Positions 27,531 through 37,616 of a stretch of 64,000 nt of DNA are shown here, piece by piece. The stretch is from the IMG/VR virus record IMGVR_UViG_3300042922_000923, positions 32,001-96,000 of that record. The stretch is one strand, 5' to 3'. Source of the stretch: a virus. The position numbers were made by a program, and so were the translations under genes. The notes under the pieces are model-generated. The model had not been told where the DNA came from. It was given only the letters and a program-made list of their open reading frames with translations, and searched no databases. Each line of letters begins with the position of its first letter. Positions within the stretch are counted from its first letter, which is position 1.

Positions 27531-29501
27531 ATGAAATTTAAGAACTTAGTTGCTGAAAACTTTTTGTCAATTTTAAATTTAGATATAAACCTTGATAACC
27601 AGGGACTTACCCTTATTCAAGGCGATAATCAAGATGATAATAACTTTGAATCCAACGGTGCAGGTAAAACTACTTTTATGGATTCAATTTCGTGGGTGCT
27701 TTATGGAAAAACCTTAAAAGGTTTAAAGGCTGATGAAGTACTGCACAATAAAGTTAAAAAAAATTGTATGGTATCATTGGAGATAGAAGACGATAATGGA
27801 GATAATTACAAGGTTGTTAGAGGCAGAAAACATAAAGAATATAAAAATAGTGTGCTTATTTTTAAAAATGAAACTAATATTACTGGAAAAAGTGATAAGG
27901 ATACTAATGACTTTATAGAAAGTTTGCTTCAAATGTCCTATGATGTTTTTGTTGCCACAATACTGTACAGCAGCAATTCATTCAAGTTTACATCTGCTAC
28001 AGATTCAGAAATGAAAAAATCATTAGATAACATGCTCAATATGGAATTTTGGAATCTATGCTTAGATGAAACTAAAAGGCGCATAGATGAAGTGAAGAAA
28101 GAAATAAAGGATATTGAAGTTTCCATAGACAAAGGTATTTTGAATCAGAATAACTTGATGGAGCAAAAGAAGTTATTAACTGGTAAGTCTATAGAGGCTA
28201 AGACTGCTGGTATCAAAAAGAAGCAGGAGCTTACAGACAGATTAGAAACTGCAAAAAAGGAGCTTAAAGGCCTAAAAGATAGCTCTGAAGACGAAACTGT
28301 TATTAGAAAAATGATTGATGTAGCTACTAAAAAAATATCTGAAATTACTAAAAAGCTTGATGAATTTGATGATGTATTTGATGATATAAATAAAAATAAG
28401 GCTATGATTTCAGAAATAGAAGGACTAATAAAAATAAATACTAATGCTATAAATGACTTAACAACTAAGGCTGATGCTATATTAAAAAAATTAGATGATA
28501 AAAAAGCTTTGATAGGCACAGAGTGCCCTGTTTGTGGTTCAGAAATTACTGAGAAGTCACTAGAGGGTGCAACGAAAGAAATGCTTATGGAGCTTCAAAG
28601 TATAATACAGGAGCGAAAAACAAAAAAGGCCTCAAAAGAAAAGCATGAAAAGCAAGCAGAATTTTTCAAAGAAAAGGTCAAAGAACTTCAAACTAAATAT
28701 GAGCAAAGAAAGCCTTTAACTGATGAAAAATCTAGCTATGAACAAGTATTAGCAAATAATAAGGCCAAATTAACTCAAAATTCTAAATTAAAAGAACTCT
28801 ATGAAAAATCCAAGAAGCAGTATACTTCTTTAATAGCTACTCTAGAAAAGGATATTGAAAATATTGAGAGTCCTAAAGAAGATACTTATGCTCCTGAGAT
28901 TGATAATATATCTGTTAAGATTGAGAATTGTCTTAAGGAGCTTCAGGAATCAAGAATACTTCTGGAGGAAAAAAATAAAAAGCTCTCAAATTTAGAAGTT
29001 TGGTTAGATCCTTATTCAAATAAAGGAATAAAAAGTAGGCTTTTAGATAGTGTAACACCTTTCTTAAATAAGCAATCTAATTACTATTTAGGAAAGTTGA
29101 CTTCAGGATCTATAGAAGTTGAGTTTAAAACACAGGATACAAATAAATCAGGAAATACCCATGATAAGCTTACTTTAAATATTACTAATAAAAATGGTGG
29201 AGATAAATATATATCTAATTCAGATGGAGAAAGAAGAAGAATTGATATATCTGTTAACTTAGCTCTCCAGGACCTTATTAGTAATAGAAGTACAAAGAGA
29301 ATAAACGTTGCATTCTATGACGAATGCTTTGATTCCTTAGATGGTGTAGGTTCTGAAAGAGTTATAGAAATTCTTAATGAAAATAAAAATAATAAGTCTT
29401 CTATTTTTGTAACTACGCATAAGGATGACTTAAAAGCATTTTTTGATAAATCTATTACTATGGTAAAAAAGAATGGATTTACAACCTTAAAAGAAAATTA
29501 A
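27531..29501 (+). CDS. sbcC: SbcC/Rad50-like ABC ATPase
   Basis: Walker A SNGAGKT, coiled coil with CPVC zinc hook, signature variant SDGE, Walker B FYDECFDSLD, TTH. Confidence 0.93.
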   Translation: MKFKNLVAENFLSILNLDINLDNQGLTLIQGDNQDDNNFESNGAGKTTFMDSISWVLYGKTLKGLKADEVLHNKVKKNCMVSLEIEDDNGDNYKVVRGRKHKEYKNSVLIFKNETNITGKSDKDTNDFIESLLQMSYDVFVATILYSSNSFKFTSATDSEMKKSLDNMLNMEFWNLCLDETKRRIDEVKKEIKDIEVSIDKGILNQNNLMEQKKLLTGKSIEAKTAGIKKKQELTDRLETAKKELKGLKDSSEDETVIRKMIDVATKKISEITKKLDEFDDVFDDINKNKAMISEIEGLIKINTNAINDLTTKADAILKKLDDKKALIGTECPVCGSEITEKSLEGATKEMLMELQSIIQERKTKKASKEKHEKQAEFFKEKVKELQTKYEQRKPLTDEKSSYEQVLANNKAKLTQNSKLKELYEKSKKQYTSLIATLEKDIENIESPKEDTYAPEIDNISVKIENCLKELQESRILLEEKNKKLSNLEVWLDPYSNKGIKSRLLDSVTPFLNKQSNYYLGKLTSGSIEVEFKTQDTNKSGNTHDKLTLNITNKNGGDKYISNSDGERRRIDISVNLALQDLISNRSTKRINVAFYDECFDSLDGVGSERVIEILNENKNNKSSIFVTTHKDDLKAFFDKSITMVKKNGFTTLKEN

Positions 29502-29630
29502 TGAGAGCGAGGAAGAATAAATGGAAAATAAAAAAGAACAACCTAAAGAAGTAAAGGAACCTTGTACACCAGCTAGAGATACTAGGGATGCAGACTTAAA
29601 GAAAATTGAGAAGTTGGAGCGAATAGATAT

Positions 29631-29933
29631 ATGAATGAAACAGAAACTGAGAAGAATTGTTATAACTGTGATTATGCTAGAAAATCAGGTGCTAAAGACA
29701 TGGTAGCTTGTGGTTTCTTCTTTCTAGAACATAGAATGGATTATGAAAAGACTATGAAGGAGCTAAGTTTAGAAAATATATATACTGGCTGGGGTTATAT
29801 GCATAAAGCAGTTGATGATATCAGAACTGGAGACGAAGTACCTTTAGGAGCAGGTATTATGACCAATAACGTGGTAGTATTTGATAAAAATTTTTGTTGT
29901 AATCATCATAAGTATAGGAAGGATAAAGTATGA
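29631..29933 (+). CDS. Cys-rich hypothetical protein
   Basis: CYNC...ACG...CCNHH. Confidence 0.65.
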   Translation: MNETETEKNCYNCDYARKSGAKDMVACGFFFLEHRMDYEKTMKELSLENIYTGWGYMHKAVDDIRTGDEVPLGAGIMTNNVVVFDKNFCCNHHKYRKDKV

Positions 29934-30505
29934 GTAAAAGTATAAGAGAATTATCAGAATTAGCTGCTTCATGGTGGGGAGAAACAGTGTGTAAGCCTGC
30001 ATTTAATAATGGTGATAATAGCTTAGATGGTGCAGTTACTCAGCTTTTAGCACATTTAGGTACCAAACAAATAGACTCTGATACTAAAGAAAAGTTTATA
30101 GCTGAATTAACAAATGAAATAGAACTAAAGTTAGCTAGTGCTAAAGGGAATATAATAGTGAGTGTAGATTATGGTCCAGATAAAATTCTTTCTGATGCTG
30201 CTACCAGTGTACACATGACTAAACTTAACTTTCCTTTGAAAACTACTATGTGGATAAACATGAATAGTATAATAGTAAGTTCTGGTTATAGGGCACCAAT
30301 AAAAGAACTATATGCTAATAAAGCATACTGGAGAGATAAAATAAGCTCTGCTGAAGAATCTATTGAGTCATATGAAAATGGAACCTATACATGTGATTGG
30401 ATTGAGGATGAAGAAGAGAGAAAGAAACAAGTAGCAGAAGATATTAAATTCTACAGAGAAAATCTTGAACTCTGTAAAAAATCAATGGAAAAGGCAGAGG
30501 ATTAA
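29930..30505 (+). CDS. Hypothetical phage protein
   Basis: AASWW, VDYGPD..L..AA, FPLKT.MWI motifs. Confidence 0.7.
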   Translation: MSKSIRELSELAASWWGETVCKPAFNNGDNSLDGAVTQLLAHLGTKQIDSDTKEKFIAELTNEIELKLASAKGNIIVSVDYGPDKILSDAATSVHMTKLNFPLKTTMWINMNSIIVSSGYRAPIKELYANKAYWRDKISSAEESIESYENGTYTCDWIEDEEERKKQVAEDIKFYRENLELCKKSMEKAED

Positions 30506-30506
30506 T

Positions 30507-30722
30507 ATGAAAACTGTAGTTACATTACCTGAAATAAATAAAAGAATAAGTAAATGCAATCAGAGAATAAATGCATTACAAGCAGCTATTTCAAGATTAA
30601 GTCCAGATAGAGACTATGTTCAGGAAAGAAAAGTCCTGGAAATTATGAAACAAGAGTATACTAAAGAACTGGATAATTATAATGCTTGTATTAAAAGTAT
30701 TGAAATAGAAATAGACGTATAA
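30507..30722 (+). CDS. Small coiled-coil protein
   Basis: GAGGA RBS before ATG 30507. Confidence 0.6.
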   Translation: MKTVVTLPEINKRISKCNQRINALQAAISRLSPDRDYVQERKVLEIMKQEYTKELDNYNACIKSIEIEIDV

Positions 30723-30738
30723 AAAATGGAGGTAAGAC

Positions 30739-31653
30739 ATGAACAGATACAAACAATTTACACATACTGACTTTGATGGAGTTAGTTGCGCTATACTATC
30801 TCAGATTGCTTTTGATTCTGTAGAAGTAGAATACTGTGATTATGATAACGTAAATGAAAAAATACAGAAGTTTATAGAAAGTAAAGATTATTTAAATTAC
30901 AGTAGGATCTATATTACAGATATTTCAATAAATAAAGAACTTGCTGAAGTTATTAACAATTTAAAAGATGAAATAAATATTAAGCTTATAGATCATCATG
31001 AAACAGCGTTATACCTAAATAAGTATGACTGGTGTACAGTAACTACTTCTAATGACAGAGGACCTACATGTGGTACAACTTTATTTTATGATTACTTAAT
31101 TAATTTAAAAAATACTATGCTAGACAATGACTGGATAAGGGACTTTGTAGAAACTGTAAGACAATACGACACCTGGGAATGGAAAAATGTTTATCATAAC
31201 GACAAGCCTAAGTTGTGGAATAATTTATTGTATCTCTATGGAAGAGATTTATTTATAGATCATATCTGTGGAATGCTTATATATTGTAAAACATTTGCTT
31301 TTACAGATACTGATAACTTATTGCTTAAGCTTGAAGAAAAGAAAAAGGAAGAATATTTTAAGAAAAAGTCTGAAGAAATGGATGCAAACTATTATTTGCT
31401 AGGCTATCATGTAGGTGTAGTATTTGCAGAACAATACATTTCTGAATTAGGAAACTTCTTAGCTGAAGGAAATAAGCAACTTGATTTTATAGTCATTATT
31501 AGTGGAAAAACAATAAGTTATAGAACTATTAAAAAAGATATTAATTTAGGTAAAATAGCAGAAAAATTTGGTGGTGGTGGACACCCTGCATCAGCAGGTA
31601 GCCAGATTTCTTTAGATAAACAAGTTAAATACTGCTCTATCCTTTTTGAATAA
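30739..31653 (+). CDS. DHH/DHHA1 phosphoesterase
   Basis: HTDFDG, ITD, IDHH, GGGGHPASAG. Confidence 0.92.
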   Translation: MNRYKQFTHTDFDGVSCAILSQIAFDSVEVEYCDYDNVNEKIQKFIESKDYLNYSRIYITDISINKELAEVINNLKDEINIKLIDHHETALYLNKYDWCTVTTSNDRGPTCGTTLFYDYLINLKNTMLDNDWIRDFVETVRQYDTWEWKNVYHNDKPKLWNNLLYLYGRDLFIDHICGMLIYCKTFAFTDTDNLLLKLEEKKKEEYFKKKSEEMDANYYLLGYHVGVVFAEQYISELGNFLAEGNKQLDFIVIISGKTISYRTIKKDINLGKIAEKFGGGGHPASAGSQISLDKQVKYCSILFE

Positions 31654-31671
31654 TATTAATAAAATAAGATT

Positions 31672-31730
31672 CTCTAAGTGGACTAGTCTAAAATAATTTA
31701 GGCTAGTTTTTCTTTTATATTTATATAGGG
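31672..31730 (+). promoter_or_regulatory. Phage-specific promoter-like motif with embedded hairpin, upstream of primase
   Basis: CTCTAAGTGGACTAGTCTAAAATAATTTAGGCTAGTTTTTCTTTTATATTTATATAGGG. Confidence 0.65.
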
Positions 31731-31741
31731 ACTAAAAAGGA

Positions 31742-32731
31742 GTGAGAATTAATATGTTAATAGATATTCTTGCACAAGGTTTAGGAGAACCTGTATATAC
31801 AAATAGAGAATCTGAATACAGATTTGATTGTCCTCATTGTGGCGAAACTAAGCATAGGCTTTATGTATCTACTTCTAAGGGACTTTATAACTGTTATAAC
31901 TGTGGTGAGTTTAGTGGTCCTATAGTTGGACTTATAGCATATATACAAGGAATTAGTTATAAAGAAGCCTTTGAGTTATATAAGGAATATGCTAATGTTT
32001 ATACATTATCCGGTGACATTAGAGAAGCTATTTTAGAAAAATTAAAAGTATTTGATATAGATAAATACATGCTTAAATCACCTATTCCACTACCTGAAAC
32101 TTTTACGCTACTAGATAAAAGTGATTCTAGAGAGGCTAAGAGAATACGCAAAGTGCTTCATTCAAGGCTTGTTACAGATTCACAAATAACCAGACATAAA
32201 TTTGGATATTGTTTCGATGGGGAATATTCAGAAAGAGCTGTACTTCCTATCTATGAACAAAAAGAGCTTCAATTTTGGGTTGCTAGAGCAACTACGAAAA
32301 CTGCTTATAAGAAAGAAATGAGTCCAACCAATGAAGAATATCAAATCTCTAAGTCAGAAGTAATATTTAATTTAGATTATGCAGCAAAAAACTTTGGAGC
32401 TATAGTAATTTGTGAAGGAATATATGATGCAGTTTCCTATGGAGACATAGGTGTTGCTACTTTAGGAAAAATTTTATCAGAAGCTCAAGTTGAAAAAATA
32501 CTTAAGTATAAAAACAAATTAGTAAACGGTGTTTACATGTCTTATGATGAAGATGCAATAAAATACAATCTGAGAGCAGCTGAGGAACTAAGCAAATATT
32601 TAGATGTGCACATGATAAACGTTAAAGATGATCCTAATGAAATGGGTAGACTAGGATGCTTAGAGGCTTTTAAAAAGGCAGAAGCATTTGACTTTAGCTA
32701 TAAATTAAAGATGAAACTAAAAGGGTACTAG
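31742..32731 (+). CDS. DNA primase (zinc finger + TOPRIM)
   Basis: CPHC..CYNC, CEGIYDA, YDEDA, DPNE. Confidence 0.92.
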   Translation: MRINMLIDILAQGLGEPVYTNRESEYRFDCPHCGETKHRLYVSTSKGLYNCYNCGEFSGPIVGLIAYIQGISYKEAFELYKEYANVYTLSGDIREAILEKLKVFDIDKYMLKSPIPLPETFTLLDKSDSREAKRIRKVLHSRLVTDSQITRHKFGYCFDGEYSERAVLPIYEQKELQFWVARATTKTAYKKEMSPTNEEYQISKSEVIFNLDYAAKNFGAIVICEGIYDAVSYGDIGVATLGKILSEAQVEKILKYKNKLVNGVYMSYDEDAIKYNLRAAEELSKYLDVHMINVKDDPNEMGRLGCLEAFKKAEAFDFSYKLKMKLKGY

Positions 32732-32746
32732 AAAGGAATTTGCAAA

Positions 32747-32998
32747 ATGGAATACACAGAGAGAGATATGAGTGAATTTGTAATAGATACAATTAATATT
32801 AATAAGCAACCATTAAAATTTTTAGAATTAAATACTACTACTACATTACAGCTATTAACAAAAGGATATAACGTTGTTGTAAAGGAAGATAAACATTCTT
32901 TATGTTCACTATTTTATTCAGTAGTATTTCCACCCAAAAGCAATTTTATAAAGAATGTTACAAGAAAATTTAAGAAAGGTAAGTTGCGTAATGTTTAG
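32747..32998 (+). CDS. Hypothetical protein
   Basis: 83 aa with RBS. Confidence 0.55.
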   Translation: MEYTERDMSEFVIDTININKQPLKFLELNTTTTLQLLTKGYNVVVKEDKHSLCSLFYSVVFPPKSNFIKNVTRKFKKGKLRNV

Positions 32999-33464
32999 TT
33001 TTAAAATGAATATGGATCTAGTAAATCTATATGCAGAAGGAATAAAAATAGACTCTGGTGACACATTGAAAATTGAGTATATGTCAGCTGATGGAAAGTC
33101 TATTGAAAAGGAAGAACTAGCAATAATAGAGACTATAGAACATTATAATGGAGATTTATTTCTTCTAACCTTTAAAGATAAGCAGGGAAGCTTTTCTTTT
33201 AGTTTAAATCAGTTAGTACATTTTAAGTATTATGAAAATATTAATAGATTTGATGTAAATAAAACTTATATTTTTGATAAAGAAATAGCTCTAAAACATG
33301 ATAAACATCTGAAAAAGAATTATGAATCAGGAAATTCTAAATACTGGGTTGACTACTGTGATGGAAAGCAAGTTACGGATACAAATGAACATGGTGGATT
33401 TATTAATGGTGAAGTTAATATGTATACCATAGATCCTACATGGTGTAGAAGTATTGATAAGTAA
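32991..33464 (+). CDS. Hypothetical protein
   Basis: ORF; start refined to MFSFK. Confidence 0.6.
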   Translation: MFSFKMNMDLVNLYAEGIKIDSGDTLKIEYMSADGKSIEKEELAIIETIEHYNGDLFLLTFKDKQGSFSFSLNQLVHFKYYENINRFDVNKTYIFDKEIALKHDKHLKKNYESGNSKYWVDYCDGKQVTDTNEHGGFINGEVNMYTIDPTWCRSIDK

Positions 33465-33485
33465 TACGTAGAAAGGATGAAATAA

Positions 33486-33728
33486 GTGGAATTAAAAGAA
33501 TTTGTTGAAAAGTATATCTGTAAAAATACTATTATCAGACTTTGGAAACCAATAAAAGGTGGACATGAGATGTTGCACCAAAAGAATGATAAAGAAGTGT
33601 GTATGGAGTGGGAATTACTCAAAAATGAAGTTTGGCAATCTAAGTACAATGAAAATAAAGTTGTAGGAATTACTGATATAATTACTGATACTTACAGAGA
33701 AGCAGTAAATATTGTTATAGATATTTAA
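33486..33728 (+). CDS. Hypothetical protein
   Basis: 80 aa, GTG start with AAGGA RBS. Confidence 0.6.
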   Translation: MELKEFVEKYICKNTIIRLWKPIKGGHEMLHQKNDKEVCMEWELLKNEVWQSKYNENKVVGITDIITDTYREAVNIVIDI

Positions 33729-33879
33729 TTTACAACACTAAATTTAGTATAGCGAAGATAAGGAGTAATTCATGGATAAATTTGATTTATGGTATAACAG
33801 AATTATTTTTATGATTTTTGGATTTGCGTTAGGTTTAGCTGTTGCATTTTCAGGAGTTACTAAAGGATGGTGATAATAA

Positions 33880-34047
33880 ATGAATTTTAATTCACGTTTT
33901 AAGCTTGAATTTGATATAAAAACCAATAGTGATAATATGGCAGATATACTTAAAGTTATTGTAGATACTATAGGGAAAGAAACAAATGAAATGAAAAAAT
34001 ATATAGAGCTTGAAATAACCCCAACCATAACAAAAATTGATGTGTAA
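33880..34047 (+). CDS. Small hypothetical protein (55 aa)
   Basis: Manual ORF MNFNSRFKLEFDIK..., GGTGA RBS; preceded by a 33-aa TM peptide ORF starting 33772. Confidence 0.5.
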   Translation: MNFNSRFKLEFDIKTNSDNMADILKVIVDTIGKETNEMKKYIELEITPTITKIDV

Positions 34048-34088
34048 TTCACAATACTAAAATAAACAAAAATTAAGGAGGAAAATTT

Positions 34089-34799
34089 ATGGAAATAGAA
34101 AGAAAGTGGCTATTTAACATCAAAGAAGTACCTATAGGACTATCTAGTACATTAACTCATTATAAGCAAGGGTACATTTCAGTTGAACCAGAAGTAAGAA
34201 TAAGAAGTAAGTCTGTAGAAAGTGCAATTCATGATAAATGTACTAGCGAGTCTTATGCTCTATGCATAAAAGGAAATGGGTCATTAACAAGGCAGGAAAT
34301 ACCAAAGAGCATTACAAAAGATGAATTTGAAGCATTAAAGGAAATTGGAAATATAAATGATGATATGTTTATTAGAAAACACTATTATACTATACCTATT
34401 GGAAATTATGAATTAACCGTTGGAGTTGTTGATAAAGGAAGTTCCTCTGAGTTTTGTTATGGAGAAATAGAATTTGAGTCAGAAACTGAAGCTTTACAAT
34501 TCCAACCTCCTTTTTGGTTTGGAAAAGAAATAACTAATGATCCTGATTATAAAATGAAAAATTATTGGAAACGAACTAGATTAAATATAAATACAATAAA
34601 TAAATTTGAAATAAAATGCAAATGCTGCAATAAAAAACCAGATGAAATAAGTGAATATACAGATATGGTTAAAGCTGGAGACTACAAAACAGCTGAAGAA
34701 GCTGTAAAATGTGAAGAAGGTACCTACAATCCTAAGACAGGAGCGTTTTATTGTACGTCATGCTATATAAAAGTTGGAATGCCTCTAGGTAAGGCTTAA
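34089..34799 (+). CDS. CYTH-domain triphosphatase with C-terminal Cys-rich extension
   Basis: MEIERKWL, QGY, VRIR, EIEF, P.WFGKEIT.D..Y; then CKCC...CTSC. Confidence 0.85.
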   Translation: MEIERKWLFNIKEVPIGLSSTLTHYKQGYISVEPEVRIRSKSVESAIHDKCTSESYALCIKGNGSLTRQEIPKSITKDEFEALKEIGNINDDMFIRKHYYTIPIGNYELTVGVVDKGSSSEFCYGEIEFESETEALQFQPPFWFGKEITNDPDYKMKNYWKRTRLNINTINKFEIKCKCCNKKPDEISEYTDMVKAGDYKTAEEAVKCEEGTYNPKTGAFYCTSCYIKVGMPLGKA

Positions 34800-34808
34800 G
34801 GAGATACT

Positions 34809-35072
34809 ATGAAGGAATGTAGTGATAAAGAAAGTTGGATAGAAAAATTTAGAAAGACTATGGCTTCTGAACCTTTAATGTTACCAATACCTTCTACTAT
34901 TGATATTGAACCAGATAAAGAACTTGAAGAAATAAGAAGTATACTTGCAGATTTAATAGGAAGATCCAAAGATTACGATGATTCTATGAAGTTACTTAAA
35001 GTTTATGACTACGTAAATAAAGTAGCTTCTAAGGGATTCATTAACCTTAAGATATCTCATAAAGAAGAATAA
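34809..35072 (+). CDS. Hypothetical protein
   Basis: 87 aa with AAGGAG RBS. Confidence 0.6.
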   Translation: MKECSDKESWIEKFRKTMASEPLMLPIPSTIDIEPDKELEEIRSILADLIGRSKDYDDSMKLLKVYDYVNKVASKGFINLKISHKEE

Positions 35073-35100
35073 TAAATGTTTGAAAGGAGAAATTCATTGT

Positions 35101-35403
35101 ATGAAGGCAAATAAAAAAACCTTAAAAGCAGTTAAGAACTTTCTGCAAAATAGGGAAGGCTGGGATCTAGATGAAGTAAAGGATGATATAGTAGCAGAAT
35201 TACAATTATTAAAATCTAAAGAAATGAAAGATGCATCATTAGCTACAGATGAATGCAGTATTAACTGGGGAGAAGAGGAAGTATGTGTATTATGCAACTT
35301 TATAGATGCTTACACAGACAAATTATTAGAAAAGATGTGTAACGTGTTAGATTCATTTGTTGGTGAAGATATATCTTGTTATTTAGAAGAGGATGAAGAG
35401 TGA
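35101..35403 (+). CDS. Acidic hypothetical protein
   Basis: AAGGAG RBS before ATG 35101. Confidence 0.6.
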   Translation: MKANKKTLKAVKNFLQNREGWDLDEVKDDIVAELQLLKSKEMKDASLATDECSINWGEEEVCVLCNFIDAYTDKLLEKMCNVLDSFVGEDISCYLEEDEE

Positions 35404-35611
35404 TAGCATGAAAGATAAGAAAAAGCTAGTAGATTTTGTTGTAGATGCTCTTATCATATTGGGACTAACTTCTCTAGTTGTAATGGGATGGTATTTTTTA
35501 GAAATGCTTATGCTAGGTGATATAAATCCTAACTCAGTAGATAGTATTATTGCATTAATATTAATAATTTCATTGTATGCAAATCTAGAACATTGGATTA
35601 AGAAATATTAA
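35393..35611 (+). CDS. Small two-TM membrane protein
   Basis: Two hydrophobic helices. Confidence 0.6.
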   Translation: MKSDSMKDKKKLVDFVVDALIILGLTSLVVMGWYFLEMLMLGDINPNSVDSIIALILIISLYANLEHWIKKY

Positions 35612-35651
35612 TGTAGTTATAAATATATAAATTTAGAAAGAAGGAATAATA

Positions 35652-36152
35652 ATGAAAGAAGAAAAAGTAGAATATTTAGGAGAAGGATCAGCTCTTTGTA
35701 CTGGAGTAATGTTATTTGATATGACTGTAAAAGTAAAAAAATTGGTGGATAACGCAGTAATTCCTAATTATGCGCATGATGGAGATGCTGGATTAGACTT
35801 ATATGCCGTAGGAAGTTATACTCTAGCTCCAGGAGAAAGAGTTTTAGTAAAGACTGGTATAGCAATAGAGTTACCTGTACATGCTGAAGCTCAAATAAGG
35901 CCAAGAAGTGGCCTAGCACTTAAGCATGGGATAACTGTACTAAATGCTCCTGGAACTGTAGATGCAGGTTATAGAGGTGAAGTTGGAGTAATATTAATTA
36001 ATCATGGAAATGAAACATTTAATATTGCTGAAGGAGATAAAATTGCTCAAATGGTTGTAAAGCCAGTGTATAAAATAAATATGGAAGTTGTAGATGAATT
36101 AATTTCTGCTGAGAGAGCTGAAAAAGGATTTGGATCATCAGGAAATAAATAG
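35652..36152 (+). CDS. dut: Trimeric dUTPase
   Basis: [32 protein letters not shown]. Confidence 0.96.
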   Translation: MKEEKVEYLGEGSALCTGVMLFDMTVKVKKLVDNAVIPNYAHDGDAGLDLYAVGSYTLAPGERVLVKTGIAIELPVHAEAQIRPRSGLALKHGITVLNAPGTVDAGYRGEVGVILINHGNETFNIAEGDKIAQMVVKPVYKINMEVVDELISAERAEKGFGSSGNK

Positions 36153-36168
36153 AAAAGAGGAATGCAGC

Positions 36169-36534
36169 ATGGATGCAACAAAAAATATGATTAATAATCA
36201 AAAGAAACACCAAATACCTGAGAAAAGTAAAGAACAGATGGAACAAGAAGCTTTTATGAATAGTCCTATTACACGACAAGAAACAATGGAATACGTACAA
36301 CAGACTGTAGCAAGTGTAACAATATCTTTTAACACTATATTTAGCATATTTCAAAAGACTTTAATAACTAAGGGCCTTGTGACTTTAGAAGACCTTGAAA
36401 AAGTAAGTGAAGAAGTATTAAAAAAACAAGGAATTATACAGGATGAAGCAAAGGATGACACTGAACCTGAAAAATCAGATATAACTGAAGACTCACCTAA
36501 GCCTAGTAAGGATAATCATAAAAAGCATAAATAA
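36169..36534 (+). CDS. Hypothetical protein
   Basis: ORF following dUTPase, GAGGA RBS. Confidence 0.65.
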   Translation: MDATKNMINNQKKHQIPEKSKEQMEQEAFMNSPITRQETMEYVQQTVASVTISFNTIFSIFQKTLITKGLVTLEDLEKVSEEVLKKQGIIQDEAKDDTEPEKSDITEDSPKPSKDNHKKHK

Positions 36535-36540
36535 AGTATA

Positions 36541-36566
36541 AAAGAGCGATATTACTCGCTCTTTTT
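36541..36566. terminator. Bidirectional terminator between convergent blocks
   Basis: AAAGAGCGA/TCGCTCTTTTT. Confidence 0.8.
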
Positions 36567-36568
36567 GT

Positions 36569-37600
36569 TTATAACTTTGTTGCATGTCCTTTGGTATCAA
36601 AATGATAACCATAAATATCTGTGCCTACTATTAATTCACCTGTAGAATAAGTTAGATAATCATACCCCTCTACACTAAACCATCCAGTAACCATTGAACC
36701 ATCTGGATTAAAATAGTACCAATTATTGTTTATAAATTGCCAGCCGGTCTTCATAGATCCATCATTAGAATCTCCAAGATAATACCATTTACTATCTTTA
36801 AGTAACCATCCTGACTTCATTGAACCATCACCAGAGTCACCTAGATAATACCAGCTATTACCATATTTTTTCCAATCATAAAGCATCCATCCATCTTTAT
36901 CAAAGAAGTACCATTTTTCATTTATAAACTCCCATCCATTGGAAGTATAACTTCCATCATCGTGTTTATACCACCATCTGTTATCTTTGATAATCCATTG
37001 TCCTGGTTTAATAGTATACTTAAGTGCAACACCCTCAGTAAATACATTAACATCACATTTGTCAGATACACCATTTACTATACCAGTTTCAGTATATTGA
37101 TGACCTACTCTATTTGTGAAAAAATTTGATGGTAGATTCCAAGGATCATTGTTATAGTTAGCCTCCCATAAAGGAATATCCTTAATCATATCATAAGCAT
37201 CATATATTAAATCAATGAAACTTGTATAAGAGTAAATTCCTAGAGTTAAAGGACTTAACTTTCTAAATTCTATTATAAATCTTTCTAGGTAATTAGGAAG
37301 TCCATCAAAAGATGTTTCAACATCTACCATAGGGATTAGATCCCACTCGTAATCTTTTATCATTGAATAAAAATTTCTAGCTTGATCCTCAGGTAAAGAA
37401 GTTCCAACAAGAAAATGATATGCTCCTACCTTTAGATTATTATCCTTGCATTTAGAATAGAAAGGCTGCATAGAAGCATCTTGAAATGAAGTTCCTTCTG
37501 TGGCTTTTAAATAAACATATTGAACTCCATCAGCTGCCACTGAAGAGAAGTCTATATAACTATTATTATTTGAAATATCAATACCTTTTATGTTTCCCAT
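36569..37600 (-). CDS. Endolysin: GH25 muramidase with choline-binding-type cell-wall repeats
   Basis: GIDIS, KATEG, GAYHF, VDVE, HQY, DVN; WYY..DGSMKTGW repeats; start refined by AAGGAGG RBS. Confidence 0.92.
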   Translation of the reverse strand: MGNIKGIDISNNNSYIDFSSVAADGVQYVYLKATEGTSFQDASMQPFYSKCKDNNLKVGAYHFLVGTSLPEDQARNFYSMIKDYEWDLIPMVDVETSFDGLPNYLERFIIEFRKLSPLTLGIYSYTSFIDLIYDAYDMIKDIPLWEANYNNDPWNLPSNFFTNRVGHQYTETGIVNGVSDKCDVNVFTEGVALKYTIKPGQWIIKDNRWWYKHDDGSYTSNGWEFINEKWYFFDKDGWMLYDWKKYGNSWYYLGDSGDGSMKSGWLLKDSKWYYLGDSNDGSMKTGWQFINNNWYYFNPDGSMVTGWFSVEGYDYLTYSTGELIVGTDIYGYHFDTKGHATKL

Positions 37601-37616
37601 AGAAAATTCCTCCTTA

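Noticed and set aside
29215-29240. Non-canonical ABC signature (SDGE) suggesting inactive SbcC
   Set aside because: Ser, Gly-Glu, Walker A/B, zinc hook and His switch are all intact; phage variants are common
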